64,000 nucleotides of DNA from Phyllosticta citribraziliensis (taxonomy: Eukaryota), in the NCBI RefSeq assembly GCF_038025025.1, contig NW_027117340.1, positions 1,116,001-1,180,000 of the forward strand, read 5' to 3'. The notes beneath the pieces are model-generated. The model did not search any database, was not told the DNA's origin, and worked only from the letters and a program-made list of their open reading frames with translations. The position numbers and the translations under genes were made by a program. Positions 1 to 13,289 of this stretch are shown here, one piece after another; the stretch's first letter is position 1; each line of letters opens with the position of its first letter.

Positions 1-439
1 AGAAATGGTGTACACTCTCTGGTTCTCCCTCGAGTTGACTTGGCTACCGACACTCATCTTTCGGATCGTCCTGCATCTGGAATTATTTCCGCATCTTTCA
101 CCGTTGTCTTTTTACATGCAGCGCTTCAAGATTGGCGGTTGGCACGGAGAGATGACGACAGTCTCATCACTCAAGGAAACTGGTGCTGAGAACCCTCAAA
201 GTCAATTAACGCCACCAAACGCCAGACTCATGCAACGGAGCCGTGGCTTGCAAAGCAGCGACGCCGTACTCCAGAACAATTCCCAAGGGGTATATTGCCA
301 ACACCAAACAAAAATCACAAAGGTAAACCAAGAAACCAATGAAGAAGTGAAGGGAGAAACAGAAAAAGTACCTATTGCCCAGAGGCGACGGCCCAAAACC
401 AACCAAAAAAAAACTCCTTTCCATCCCGTTCCACCTGGC

Positions 440-1630
440 TCAAGCTGGGCTCGAGTTCTTCCTGCCGACCAGGCGCTGGAACCCTTTCGAAATGGACTCG
501 CGCGCCGAGTCCATCCGCATCCTCAGCCTTCCACCCCTCTCGTCAGGTCCGTCTCCCTCGGCGACCGCGCTGCTCTCTTCCTCCTCCTCCTGGCCCCACG
601 TGCGCAGGTCGAACACACTGTGCGGGCGTTCGACGAAATAGGCCTCGCGGCTCGGATCCCTGTGCGGACGCTGCTGGTCCATCTCGAAGCGCGCACCGTT
701 GACCGCCTCGCGCGGGAGAGACCAAGTCGTAGCACGGTTGGTTTCAAGGTCCCTGAGCCATGTGGACGAGCCCGGATTCGAGATCAACGCCTTTGTTGCT
801 GCACCGACGGGAAAGTACTGAGGCTTTGGCTCAGGGAAACAGAGGCTTGTTCTCGGCGAGCCGTCTGGCAGCGATGCTGAGGCTCCCGTGCTCGTCCCAG
901 GAGGCGTCGCTTCGTTTGAAGTGTTCCAAGAGAAGGTGAGACCGAAGAAGGGGTTGAAGGGACGAAAGAAGAATGGGAAGCCATCAGCGGTAGGGGAAGA
1001 GCCGGAGCAAGGTTTGCCGTCGCGTGCACAGGCAGCAGCAGCCTTGGATGGCTGGCTTCGAGAACGGAGGCCTTGGTCGGAGATGTGGTCAAAGGGTACG
1101 TCTCGGTCGGCTGACTTGGGCCGGACTCGAGAGCGAGAGAATGGTTTGCGGACTTGCTCGAGCACAGCAACGCTGAACCGACGGTCTGCTTGGCGAGAGG
1201 CCTCGGTTTGCTCTTTGTTGGTGTCGAACAGCAGCGGACGTTGGCCTTCCCAGTCGTCTGTGGTGGCGGTGCGGCTCACCAGTGATATGGTGGACCGGCG
1301 GTAGGGGGTGGTGCTGTCAGGCTCGGTCTCCCCGCGTCTCAAGGAGGGCTTGTTGTCGCTGCTGGATTTCGGCCGACGAATCGCGTCGTCTCCGCTGATT
1401 GTGCTCCTCCTGACTGGGCACTTTGGCTTGGGCTCGTCTCTTGTTGGCTTCTTGCCCTCGCGGATCCTTCGCTTCTCCCACAGAGTGTACGGTGAGAACG
1501 AGTTGTTCTTTGGGTCGCGCTTCCATTTGATGGTATGCGGAGAGCCGGGGCGGAGGGGCGGCGGTTGGATTGCTGGTCTGGGTGGATCAAAGGGACCATA
1601 TTCTGGCTTCGGAAACGGGTCCTCGTCCAT
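440..1630 (-). CDS. Hypothetical protein (396 aa, Pro/Arg/Ser-rich, likely disordered)
   Basis: Longest uninterrupted ORF in the region, ATG in an AAAATGG context; no recognisable domain. Confidence 0.55.
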   Translation of the reverse strand: MDEDPFPKPEYGPFDPPRPAIQPPPLRPGSPHTIKWKRDPKNNSFSPYTLWEKRRIREGKKPTRDEPKPKCPVRRSTISGDDAIRRPKSSSDNKPSLRRGETEPDSTTPYRRSTISLVSRTATTDDWEGQRPLLFDTNKEQTEASRQADRRFSVAVLEQVRKPFSRSRVRPKSADRDVPFDHISDQGLRSRSQPSKAAAACARDGKPCSGSSPTADGFPFFFRPFNPFFGLTFSWNTSNEATPPGTSTGASASLPDGSPRTSLCFPEPKPQYFPVGAATKALISNPGSSTWLRDLETNRATTWSLPREAVNGARFEMDQQRPHRDPSREAYFVERPHSVFDLRTWGQEEEEESSAVAEGDGPDERGGRLRMRMDSARESISKGFQRLVGRKNSSPA

Positions 1631-4600
1631 TTTTGCGTAGTTCCAAATGAACGGGCTGGCGTTGGGAAAGGAGTGTGAGATGGTTGATGGGAGTTGGCGA
1701 CAGCAGAGGTGGATAAAATAGTCCAGCGAGGGGCTCTTGAGCCTGCCCCGGAGCGCAAGCTAGGGGCATCGCGGTGGAAAAGAGGAAGTGACGGCCTAGC
1801 TATCTCGACATGTTCGGACTCAAATTAACACCACCAAAATCACTTGAGATGAGGAACTTGCAGACGATGAACAACAACCGATCGAGTACGCACGATACAA
1901 TGACATTGAATTGAGGGCCTTCTTGTGTTTCTACAGATTCTGTGCGCCTTCGGCCTGTTGCTCCAGGCGTTGCGGTGGTGGTTGAGGTTCCGGATTCTGT
2001 GCCCACCAGGCTGATCATGTGGCGGTAGGCGCTCCTTGATCGCCGGATTGAACATGAATTGGCCATTGACGAATCGCGCTTGTATTCGTACCGGAAAATT
2101 TCTGGACTTCCTGTCTGATGGTTTGCCTCTTGATCCAGGCCACGAGCAGCGAGCCGGCGCCCATGTCAACCATGGCACGACTCAAATCCGGGGATTGGCT
2201 GGGCCTTCGATCCGGGCTTGAAGCCTTGCTACGTCATACTCCTACTCCTATGCTTCTTCTCCGCAGTATCAAAAAGGCCAACGCAGCCGAGGGTCTAGAC
2301 TGTGCAGACTGCGATTTCAACAAGCAAAGTCCGGTGTCAATAACGGACATTCGCAGCACACTGGCCGACCGGCGCACCAAAATGTAGGAGGAGCAGTTCA
2401 TGCATAACAGAGCCAGCACCGGGCTAGCTTCATGACCGGGCTGCAGCTCCAACGGTGGAGTTACGTCAGTCCGAACACTGGCGCCCGTATCCATTTATTG
2501 ACAGTGAGCTGCAGCTCTCCCAATTGGGCAATGTCAGCGTCGAGAGACAACATTGTCCATCTACGAGTGATTAATTTGCAGATAAGCTGCAGCAATGAAC
2601 GCTTGGCTCCCTTAGCCTAGTATAGGCGAAATTGGACAACGGTGAAGGGCAGGAATGCTTGGTCTTCTGGGCAACCTTTTGTTCGGTTGTTGTTCCAATT
2701 TCCCGCTGCAATGTGGCGGCATTTCGGGAGAAGAAAGACAAAAGTGGTCACAACAGTCTGGACTCGATTAGACTTTCTTTCGACTTGAGGTTGAACACTT
2801 GTTTCTGAGCCTCTGATCTGTCGTAGTTGGGAGGAGCTATGGCCACATCGCACACCTCGTGGTCCTCAAACAGCACCCGGCTTACTTCGACTCCACTTGG
2901 TCGCGCCTCCAGACTGTGGACCATGATCAATCGAGTCTTTCCCGCGATGGCTCATCAAGCTCGAACCGTCCGCAACTCTCCTCTGTGCCGCTGAAGGTCT
3001 CATGGCGAACCGTACGAATAGACCCACGATGCCGCCGGTCATCGCAGATGCTCCGTCAATTTATCAAAATTTTGCACGCGACTAACCAGGACCACGCAGA
3101 CGACGCTCTTATCCCCTCCCTGCAAGCCGCTTCTATTCCTGTCCATCTCGCGCAAAACTACAGCACTACTCGGCCGTCTCGTGTGCCCGTCTAGAGCCCG
3201 CCAGTCACACCTCCCTGTCTGAAACAGCAGCATCCTGGCCAACTCGAAAACCCGCCCGCTCACTCGCCCAAAGAAAATGCTCCTGGAAGAAAGCGTCCCG
3301 TAGCGGCGGAAGAAGGCGGGCGGGGCGCGGGATGGAATCCACGCGTGCCCGCCCGCCCTCCACTGCAGCGCATCCACGTCACTACTGAGGTCCGTCCGAC
3401 TGTCCGACGCGGGCCGGCCCTTGAGCGTGTGTATTTGTGTGTCGAGGCTTCGCAAGTGCTTGCTACGGAGACGACGGTGATGAGAGCTACATGACCGGAT
3501 TTTGCAACACGTCGAATCGAGCTGAGAGTCGGCAGTCTCCACTTGCAAATTTCCCCTTTCGCTTTGAGCTGGCGCCATCATGGGTGCAGCCACTCTATCG
3601 TGTCTCACAATTTCGATGTCTACTTTGGAATCGGCCCATCTCAAACTACCTCATCAGCTCAGCAGACAGAGCATCAGCTGGACAAATGTCTTCTTGGATA
3701 GACAGCCCCAGTGCATCTTCGAGAACTTGCAAGAGAAGGATTGAAAATCGATGTGGTGGAAAAAAGAGCGAAGGTTGTCGGTCATTGAGTGCCCACCTAA
3801 CACGTCTCTGCCCAAAAGAGGACAGCATTGGTTAGACCGTTCCCCGCAACGAAACGCAAAACGCGAAACAAAACGGGGACCAGGACCTCCCTGCCATTAG
3901 CTTGCCTCTCCCAAAGAGCCCCTGTATCCCTGCATCACGGATCAAGGCTATCCCTTTCTTCTCGTCCCGCGCCAAACTCCGGAAAAACCAACCTGTGGCT
4001 GTGCTGCTTCGCTCAGCTTTCCTTTTGATCTACCCACATCCCAGCACCCTACCTTCCGCTTCGGTAGAGCCAGAGCCTCAAAACAAGCAGCACCCCAGCC
4101 CGGAGTGCCTCTATCGAGCCCGCCAACTCGAGCTCCGTTGGCTTAGGAGGCACGACGCCAATGAATCGTGCAGGCCCCGCGGCGCCGGGGAGGGCGCCCA
4201 CTGAGCGGGGCAACGCGCGGTAAGCATATACAGTAATGCATTTCCTCTCTCGTTCCCGCATCCGGCAGACGTGCTGGCATGATTGCGACATTTGTGGTGG
4301 TGGTGGCCCCGCCGCGGCTGCCAGAAGAGGTCAAAAAGAAGTTAAGGCACGTAGATCATCTCATCTCCGGCAAATCTTGAGCAAAAGGTAAAGGGGGTTA
4401 AGCGTATCGCTTGTGTCGTGACTTTAGTTTGACTTGCCCTCTTGCCCGCGTGAGACGTGTGTGGATGTGATGCGCGCGACACCGGGCGCGCGTTCGCTGT
4501 TGCTAGTTGGAGACTTGTTTATTATCTTGTGTGAGACGCGCGTGTGCGCTGCGCAGTGCATGTGCGCGGGAGGTTGCTGGGCGCGGGGCGAGACAACAGG

Positions 4601-5551
4601 CAGACGGGCAGTGGTAGGGCGACCTGGCGAACGGGATTGGTCGCGCGCGCGTGGGTTTGCTGAGTCGTGCTGAGTGGAGGTAGGTAGGAGGCGGCTGGCT
4701 TGATGGACGGGCTGGTTGGCGAGCCACTCATCCTCAATTCTGAGTCCAGGTGGATATGTGGACATGTCGACAGATGGTTGCGGTGCGATGGCGACAGGGG
4801 CACGACGAGAAACCTTGCACCGCTGACGCCGCAGCGACTCCTAGAGTCAAGAAAATCGTCAAGCATCTGACGCGTGTTTAGCTTGCGTACATACCCAATC
4901 TATGCACAGTCGAGAAGAAGACAATTAACCGGACAACGACATGAGAATAGAACCCCTCTTTGCTGCTGCGCCTACTCCGCAGTTTTGCTCCCATTATCCC
5001 AGATGCAAACAAGGACATGCCGCGATTTTTGTTTTTGTGGGGAAAAAGTCCGCCATGAGTCTGTGTGTCGTGCATGCAAAGGTACGTGTGAAGAGGGGGA
5101 AGGATTTGAGTGAAGAGAAAAGGAAACATTAAGCGTGAACAAAGGCAGCGCATGAAATCCAAACGCCAGGACCCCTCATGTCCGTACCATTGCAACCTGT
5201 CCAATCCAAGATTAGATGCCATCCATCTCAATGGAAGGAGAAGGGAAACACGTTGGATAAGGCAGTCGAGTAGCAGCAAGAAAAGGATTAGACCGAGGAC
5301 GGCGAGTGAAAATGAACAGGGATCGGAGACTTGTGCGCAAGGGGCATCTGTACAGTAAACAAAAAGGCGACGAAAATAGCAGCTGAATGCGCAAAGCGAG
5401 GTGGTATCGTAGACGGAGGAATCCGAGCAATTGTTGTCGCTTCACAGACCAGAGGACGGGAATCCAAACGGAAAAACGGAGCGGCCCTCGAGCGACACAA
5501 AGCAACTCGATGCCGGCCTGGGTATCAGCAACCCCTCGAGTCCGACGAGGC

Positions 5552-7708
5552 TCACATGACGACACACTCTTTGTCGTCCTTGCTTCCCCTCTTCTTGATC
5601 TTGTTATTCTCGGCCGCCAGCGCGGCCTTGGGGTTTTCGCCCGATGCCGCCGCACGAATCATAGTGAGACGCTGCCTCGCGCGCTCGTCGCCCTTTTCTG
5701 CGGCCTTGACGTACCAGACGTTGGCTTCGAGTATGTCGCGGCGGCAGCCGATGCCCATTTCGGTAAAGTAGCCCACGGCGTACTCGGCTTTGAGAAGACC
5801 TACATGGCGGCGTGACGCGTACGCCTCGTGGTTAGAGTCATGCGTTGCCAGAAACGTGCGGAACGAACGAAAGCGGACGGAAGGGATACGTAAATGTGCA
5901 TGGGTAGTAGAGTTAAGCTTACCGAATTCTGCGGCGCGCTTCGCCCACTCATAAGCCTCGTTCTCGTCCTTTGCCAATGCCGGCGGCGCGCCCATCATGT
6001 ACCACGCGCAAAGGTTCATCATAGCCTCTGGAATATTTGCCACGGCCGCGCCCGTGTAAAAATGCACAGAGAGGGGCGGATCCCTGGGACAGCCGAGCAA
6101 GCCGTGCTCGTAGACTTCGCCCATCTTCTGGCAAGCCCGCGGATGGCCGAGCTCCGCCGCTTGAGTGTAGAGTTCCAGAGCATATGCCTCGTCCTTGAAG
6201 CAGTCGGCGCCATAGCCAGTCTCGTGTAACTGTGCCAGGATGAAAGGGGCACTGTTGTATTGCTCATCCGCGGACTCACAGCCGCGTTTGAGCCACTTGA
6301 GCCCCTCACGATCACGGCGCCCAAGACCAAGCTGGCCGTAGACGCACGCCTCGCCTAGGCGTGCGGAGGCTCCCGGGTGGTACTTTGACGCGGACGCGCG
6401 GTAAAACTGCTCAGCCTTTGCAAGATCTTTGCGGCAGCCCGAACCAAATTCGTACATGACTCCAACGCGGAAGCCAGCCTCGGCATGGCCGTGCTTGCTT
6501 GCCGCTACGAGTAGCGGAAGCGCCTTTTCCGGGTCCCTTTTGCCCTTGTTGAAGAATCCGGTGTAGTATCCGTCGGCCAGCATGTACTGAGCAAAAGGGT
6601 AGCTGCGGTCTGAGAGGCGTTGGAAAATTGCGCGCGCTTCCTTGATCATGACGGTCTCGGCGTATTCCTTTTTGCTGGCATCCCCAGAACGGACAAAGGC
6701 CTTTGCAGAGTTGACCAAAAAGACTCCAAATTCGTACTGGGCAATGGCGTCTGGCGTCTTTTTGACGTTTGCGAGATACATGTCCACCGTCTTTTGTGTG
6801 TCCAGCAGAGATGCGTCTTCACCCACCAATTGGCGCAGGGCATCCTGAGTAAGGTCATAGGTGCGGGCGTGTTGCTGTGCGTAGGGTATATTGTGAAGCA
6901 GATCGACATAGGAATATCGGCTTTCAGGAGATTTGCGATTTTGAGCCACGGACCGATTGTACGGCGCTGGAGAAGGAGTGGGTGACGGAGCAAGGTGGTT
7001 GACTGAGAGAGGAGACGGGTTGCGCTGAGGCACCTGCAAATCTGCACCTAGTGAGAGAGCCAGCGCACTTTGACCAACGGCGACTGATCCATTCGAGGAA
7101 CCCTGAGAGTCCGAATAGGTCGATTGTCGCTCTTGACCTTCTGGCTTTTCAACCTTGACAGGCAGGGGATTGTAAGGTACGTGGAAATACTGCGGCATCT
7201 CGAACTCAGGCTCTTCGACCTTGTACTTTTTCGGGCCTAACCTCTTCTCCTCCTCCTCCTGCTTGGCCTTGAGCTCACTAGTCACCTTGGCTTGCTCAAT
7301 CAAGTCGTCGGCGGTAAAAGAGAATTGCCTTTCAGGATCATTTGATTCGGAGTGGGCTTTGACAGAGTCATCGGGGGCAGTCGATGCTGGTGTCTCGGAG
7401 CCGACGAGAGCTTCGGGATCGTTGTTTTCTGCGTCGGTGGAGTCGCCCGAGAGCATGGCGAAGCTCGAAATGGAGGCTCGCGATTGCGTTGAGCTGTTGT
7501 CTTTGTGATTGCTGGCCAGGTCGCCATGGACGGAATCCAGGGGGGGTTTTGACAGGGAAATGACAGGCTGGGCTCGACTTGTTGATGGAACATTTTTACG
7601 GCGGATAGCCTTGGACGAGGGAGCAGAGGCGGAGTCGTTCAGAGCGGAAAAGCGGTGGGGTGGAGGAGGAGGGACGCTCTCGACGTGGATGGCGTCTGAG
7701 TAGGCCAT
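5552..7708 (-). CDS. SKT5: Chitin synthase activator, Sel1-like repeat protein (Skt5/Chs4-type), C-terminal CaaX
   Basis: Multiple Sel1 repeats (AQYMLADGY, AGFRVGVMYEFG, AMMNLCAWY, AEYAVGYFTEMGIGC); ends in CVVM prenylation motif; one intron 5922-5800 (GTAAGC...TAG) joining EF-G-LLKAEYAVG. Confidence 0.92.
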   Translation of the reverse strand: MAYSDAIHVESVPPPPPHRFSALNDSASAPSSKAIRRKNVPSTSRAQPVISLSKPPLDSVHGDLASNHKDNSSTQSRASISSFAMLSGDSTDAENNDPEALVGSETPASTAPDDSVKAHSESNDPERQFSFTADDLIEQAKVTSELKAKQEEEEKRLGPKKYKVEEPEFEMPQYFHVPYNPLPVKVEKPEGQERQSTYSDSQGSSNGSVAVGQSALALSLGADLQVPQRNPSPLSVNHLAPSPTPSPAPYNRSVAQNRKSPESRYSYVDLLHNIPYAQQHARTYDLTQDALRQLVGEDASLLDTQKTVDMYLANVKKTPDAIAQYEFGVFLVNSAKAFVRSGDASKKEYAETVMIKEARAIFQRLSDRSYPFAQYMLADGYYTGFFNKGKRDPEKALPLLVAASKHGHAEAGFRVGVMYEFGSGCRKDLAKAEQFYRASASKYHPGASARLGEACVYGQLGLGRRDREGLKWLKRGCESADEQYNSAPFILAQLHETGYGADCFKDEAYALELYTQAAELGHPRACQKMGEVYEHGLLGCPRDPPLSVHFYTGAAVANIPEAMMNLCAWYMMGAPPALAKDENEAYEWAKRAAEFGKLNSTTHAHLRIPSVRFRSFRTFLATHDSNHEAYASRRHVGLLKAEYAVGYFTEMGIGCRRDILEANVWYVKAAEKGDERARQRLTMIRAAASGENPKAALAAENNKIKKRGSKDDKECVVM

Positions 7709-9406
7709 GACGAAAGAGCAGAGCGAGTGGGTATTTGCTTTTGGTGCAGTGGACCCCAGAACCGTGCCGCAGGCTTATCCGTATCCTTGACAGTGCGCCC
7801 TGACGATAGCGACGGAGGTAGGACGGTGGGCGGCAGATCGACAGACAGGGCGTCTGCGGGAGTCGAGGATCAATGCGTTGTCGGGAAAGAGGGCGAAGGG
7901 GGGGTGGTGGTGGTGAGCGAGCGAGGGGGGGTTTGGATAGGGATTGGGATTGGGATTGGAGAAGAAGAAAAGCGTGTGTGTGGGAGTGTGAGGGCCTGAG
8001 TGAAAGAGAGACACGCCCGGGCAGTCGAGAAGGCAGGTACAGTGGTAGCTCCGATAGCTCCGGCTGGTTGGCGTGAGCCAGGGATGAAAGAAGGCGAAGC
8101 AACAGGAGCTACAGTGCTCCTACAGTACAGTAGATGCTGCGAACAAGAAAGAGGAGGAATACTGACTATACAAGAGGAGCTGACAGCGTGTCAGAGTCTG
8201 GAGAGGCGCGCGAGCCGACCCTTGCGGACAGGTGCAAAGGATGGCGTTGCTAATGCTCGTACGGGGGCTCTTGGCGACGCCGGCGCTTTCGTTTTTATGC
8301 CCAGGCAGTCCAGTCCACGCAGAGCTCTCGAGCAATGCAGTGCAGTCATGTCATATAGCCGGGTGCAGTGGAGGCAGACTGGAGGCTGTGGGGACGCCCG
8401 GCGGCTGAGGCTCCGCGTGATGAGCGAGAGACTGCCTGCTTCCCTCGGAGTCTTCAGAATCCCCCAGAGCACCATGGATCAGGACCAGACGACCGTAGAC
8501 GGCATCAGTGCAAATTGCCATGCCCAGGCGCCCCGTGGTCCGTCTCCCGTGCGTGAGGAAACATCCGGCCGGTTTCAGGCTGCGCACGACTGGGGATCTT
8601 TCTCTTCGACACGCTTCTGCATCTGCATCTGTTCGTTCAGGCACCCGGGCGCAGGCAGTCCAATACGGGCAGCGGAGAGGCTGTGGCGGCGACGCGAGAG
8701 GACAGGACAGCACAGCACAGCACAGGACGCGGGCGTTGCGGCTCACTATTGGGAGGCGCATTGCCGTCATCAGAAATAGCGAGAGCCTCCCCATCGCTTG
8801 GGCTGCCCGAGACCGAGTGCAGTGCGGGATTGCTCGAGCAACGGAACGGCGAACCGAACCTAGAAGCTAAACCCAAGCCACATGTTAGGCTGTTGTAGCC
8901 ATCCATGACCCTGCCCGGTCCAGGACAAGGAAAGCTAAAAAAGCACCGTCAGCTGTCAATCGTCGCGACCAGGGGCATCCCGGCGGCTCGTTGATCCAAC
9001 AACCCTCACTTCCACCCACCACCCACCCAACCAACCATCCGCCTTTCCAGTTCGGCCTCCCCACGCTGCGTGCGCTGCTTCTACCATCACACCTCTGTCG
9101 CTGCTCTGGTCGCGCTGCTGTGCGACGCCCTCGCTCGCTACCGGAATTCGACTTCGCCTTGACGCAATAATCTGCATCTCCCCGGCCCAAGCTGTACACA
9201 CCAAACACCGCGCCCACACTACCCACTCGACCGTCCCTCGTTTCGTCAACGCCCGACTGACTGACTAACCTACTCCTCCAACACCACACGTCCCCTCCTC
9301 TTCCTTCTTCCGGCCGGCCGCGCCCAACGGACCAGCCTGGTCCCTTCGTCAGTATTTGTTTCGCCCAGCCTTGAGGAATGCCAGCTAACCGTCGCCAGGA
9401 GGCAAC

Positions 9407-12400
9407 ATGTCGGCACCGCACAGGTCCCAGCCCTCCTCGCCCAGGCGCCGCGACCATACCCACTCGCGCCGCCCTTCGCACACGAGGTCGTCTCACCGCG
9501 AAACTTCCTCCAGGCGTCGCAGACCTTCAGACATTGACGCTCGTCCTTCTCACGATTCGCGCCCCTCCAGGTCCTCTCCACGGAGAGACCAACCCCGCCA
9601 CCACCATCACTCACCCTCTTCTCCCCGCACTCCCACCCACACCGAGCACGATCCAATGGTGCTACCCGCAACCGAGCTGCGCCAGAAGAAGAGCCTGGTC
9701 CGTCCCGAGCGAAGTCGCATTGATCGAGACCACCCAAACTATTACTACCGCCAACATGCCCAGCATATGGATGTTCAGCCTTCGACCACCGGAATCGACC
9801 CTCTGATTCAAAACACTGACGACGCTGAGACGGCGAGTTCTGGAAGCACCGAAATCAAAAATCTCCACCCTGGAGTCCAGCACACGAGCTCGGGCAACAG
9901 CTACAATGAAAAGTCCCCAAAAATCCACAAGCGGAATCCCAGTGAGCGCCGTCTTGAGAAAAGATCGCGAAAGAGGTCCCACCAGGAGACTGCCGAAGAA
10001 AAAGCACGCAGGCGCGCCCTCGAAGGCGCAAGACCACCCAGCTTGTGGAGCATCTACTGCGCCATCATTACCTTTTGGTGTCCAAATTGCTGTCTCAAGG
10101 TCTTGGGTAAGCCAGCAAAAGCCCAGCAACAAGCGTGGCGCGAAAAGATTGGTCTTATTAGCATCATCTTGCTCATTTGCGCATTCGTCGGATTCTTGAC
10201 CTTTGGCTTCACGCAGACCGTTTGTCCCAATGGCGGCCCCATGCGACTGCGTGTCAACAAGGTCGACAGAGGATACATGATTTTCCACGGCCAAGCCTAC
10301 GATCTTTCGGAATCGCGCCACCCGGCCGCTATTGGCATTCCTGCAAACACCAACATCTTGTTTGACTTGCCGGACAAGTTTGGCGGTCAAGACGGCAGCT
10401 TTTTGTTTCAAAACGTCAACGGTCACTGCAAAGGATTGATTACGGCCGCTCCAGACTCGGATGTCCCCACCCAAAACGACGGCTCCGAGCTCGCATGGTA
10501 TTTTCCCTGCAACACGTTCAACCAAGACGGATCCTCCAAACCAAACTTCACCACCCCCTATTATTTGGGCTATGCCTGTCACACGGCGGCCAATGGAAGA
10601 GATGCTTTTTATTCTCTCAGGAGTAGCGGAGACGTCTACTTCACATGGGAAGACGTCAAGAATTCAAGTCGCAACCTGATGGTCTACAACGGCGATGTTC
10701 TCGACCTCAATCTCCTGGATTGGTTCAACAAAACACAAGTTTCTTATCCTACCAAGTTTGACGAGATTCGCAACAACACCGACTTGCGCGGAATCGACGT
10801 CACTCGTTCATTTTCTTCTTCCGAGGACAGGAAAATTGCCCTCTGCCTGAGCGAGACCATCAAAGTGGGCTCGATTGACACGGAAACCATTGGCTGCATT
10901 GCCTCCAAAGTTGTCCTTTACGTCTCGTTGGCCTTCATCCTGTCTATCGTGGTTGCCAAGTTCGTCCTTGCTTTGTGGTTCCAGTGGTTTTTCTCCAAAA
11001 AGTATGCTGCTGACAGGTCAAGCCTCGGCATTGATTCGAAGAAGAGAAAGCAAGAAATTGAAGACTGGGCCGAAGACATTTACCGCCCTCCGCCAAAGTT
11101 GATTGATGCTGCGCAGCCATCGCCAGATCGCAACAGTAAGCGCGGCAGCAGGTTTTTGCCCAACACGTCGCGCTTCACCAGCCCTTATGCAATCGACTCC
11201 CGCAAATCCCGGCCGGCGCCAACAACAATGGCAAGCCAGAGCTCCTCTGCGCGGCTCATGCAGCCCGCATTTCGTGGCGGAAATCGCAGCGAGCTCACCG
11301 TCGGCTACGACTCGAGCAGGCCCGGCAGCGATAGCCGTGTCAGCTTGATGGCCCCGCCGACTTCAGACCAGAGGAACACTAGCTACATGGGCGATTCGGA
11401 GGGATCCGGCCCTGCTGGCTTCATACACGAGGCTGTTGTGCCACAACCCCCTGCAGAGTGGCAGCCGTTTGGCTACCCTCTGGCGCACGCAATCTGTCTG
11501 GTGACTTGCTACTCTGAAGGCGAGGAGGGAATACGGTCAACGCTCGATTCGATTGCCACCACAGAGTACCCCAACAGCCACAAGCTGATTCTCGTCATCT
11601 GCGATGGCATCATCAAGGGCAAGGGCGAGAAGCTGTCGACCCCGGACGTGTGCCTTGGCATGATGAAAGACCATGCGATACTACCCGAAGAGGTCCAGCC
11701 ATACTCGTACGTGGCCGTCGCGAGCGGCTCCAAGCGACACAACATGGCCAAGATTTACTCTGGGTTTTACGATTACGGGCACACTTCGCGGGTGCCGCAC
11801 GAGAAGCAGCAACGCGTGCCAATGGTGGTGGTGGTCAAGTGCGGAACTCCAGACGAAGCCAACAAGGCGAAGCCGGGCAACCGCGGCAAGCGCGACAGCC
11901 AAATCATCCTCATGTCGTTTCTCCAAAAGGTCATGTTTGACGAGCGCATGACGGAGCTCGAGTACGAAATGTTCAACGGCATCTGGAAAATTACGGGCAT
12001 TTCGCCCGACTTTTACGAAACGGTGCTCATGGTGGATGCCGATACGAAGGTGTTCCCCGACAGCCTGACGCACATGATCTCCGCCATGGTCAAAGACCCT
12101 GAAATTATGGGCCTTTGCGGTGAAACCAAGATCGCCAACAAGCGACAATCGTGGGTGTCGATGATTCAAGTGTTCGAGTAAGTGTGCGGCCTGTGCTTTT
12201 CGGAGGCCCGCAAATTTCCCTAACGAGCAACAGGTACTTCATCTCTCATCATCAGGCCAAGTCTTTTGAATCCGTGTTTGGCGGTGTCACCTGTCTCCCT
12301 GGATGCTTCTGCATGTACCGGATCAAGGCGCCCAAGGGCGGGCAGAACTACTGGGTGCCAATCCTGGCAAATCCCGACGTCGTCGAGCACTATTCGGAGA

Positions 12401-13289
12401 ACGTGGTGGACACGCTGCACAAGAAGAACTTGCTTCTTCTCGGTGAAGACCGTTATCTGTCGACGTTGATGCTCAAGACTTTTCCGAAACGCAAGCAGGT
12501 GTTTGTACCCCAGGCGGTATGCAAGACGACGGTTCCCGACGAGTTCAGGGTGCTGCTCTCGCAACGGCGACGATGGATCAACAGCACCGTCCACAACTTG
12601 ATGGAGCTCGTGCTTGTGCGGGACCTGTGCGGGACGTTTTGCTTTAGCATGCAATTCGTCGTCTTCATTGAGTTGGTCGGCACGTTGGTGCTGCCGGCAG
12701 CCATTTCGTTTACCATTTACCTGAGTAAGTCTCTTCTTGTGGGGATTTCCGAGGTCCCATTCTGACAGAGCATAGTCGTGGCGGCCATCATGGCGGCCAT
12801 CAACCACACCGAAGTGCCGACAATCCCGCTGGTGCTTCTTGCCCTAATTCTCGGTCTGCCGGCCGTCTTGATTGTTCTCACGGCTCACCGCTGGTCTTAC
12901 GTGGCATGGATGATGATCTACTTGGTCTCACTGCCCATCTGGAACTTCGTGCTCCCGACGTACGCCTACTGGAAGTTTGACGACTTCAGCTGGGGTGACA
13001 CGCGCAAGACGGCGGGAGAGAAGACGAAGAAGGCGGGCATCGAGTACGAGGGCGAGTTTGACAGCAGCAAGATTACAATGAAGCGGTGGACAGACTTTGA
13101 AGCTGGTAAGTCGTGAATATTTCGTGGAAAACGAGAGGGTAGCTGGGCAGAGGTTTGCTAACAAGGTTGGCGCCAGAACGACGGCTCAAAGGATCCACGG
13201 CGGGATGGACGCAACAGACGAGTTCGGCGGGCTGGGCGTCGGCACAGCAGCAACACTCGCAGTGGCAGCAGCAGCAGGGGTACGATTGA
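9407..13289 (+). CDS. CHS3: Chitin synthase, class IV (yeast Chs3-type), GT2 family
   Basis: Motifs LVRPER, QAWREK, cytochrome-b5-like segment, [29 protein letters not shown]. Exons 9407-12177, 12234-12724, 12776-13105, 13177-13289, all GT-AG with frame preserved. Confidence 0.96.

Noticed and set aside
1800..5500. Short ORFs between the first gene and SKT5
   Set aside because: No recognisable domain or consistent exon chain; treated as non-coding.
5800..5922. Other stop-free 3n introns (SKT5 123 nt, CIA2 57 nt, TF 48 nt, OST2 159 nt)
   Set aside because: The number is plausible by chance for short introns in GC-rich DNA, and retention would interrupt conserved domains with non-motif sequence.
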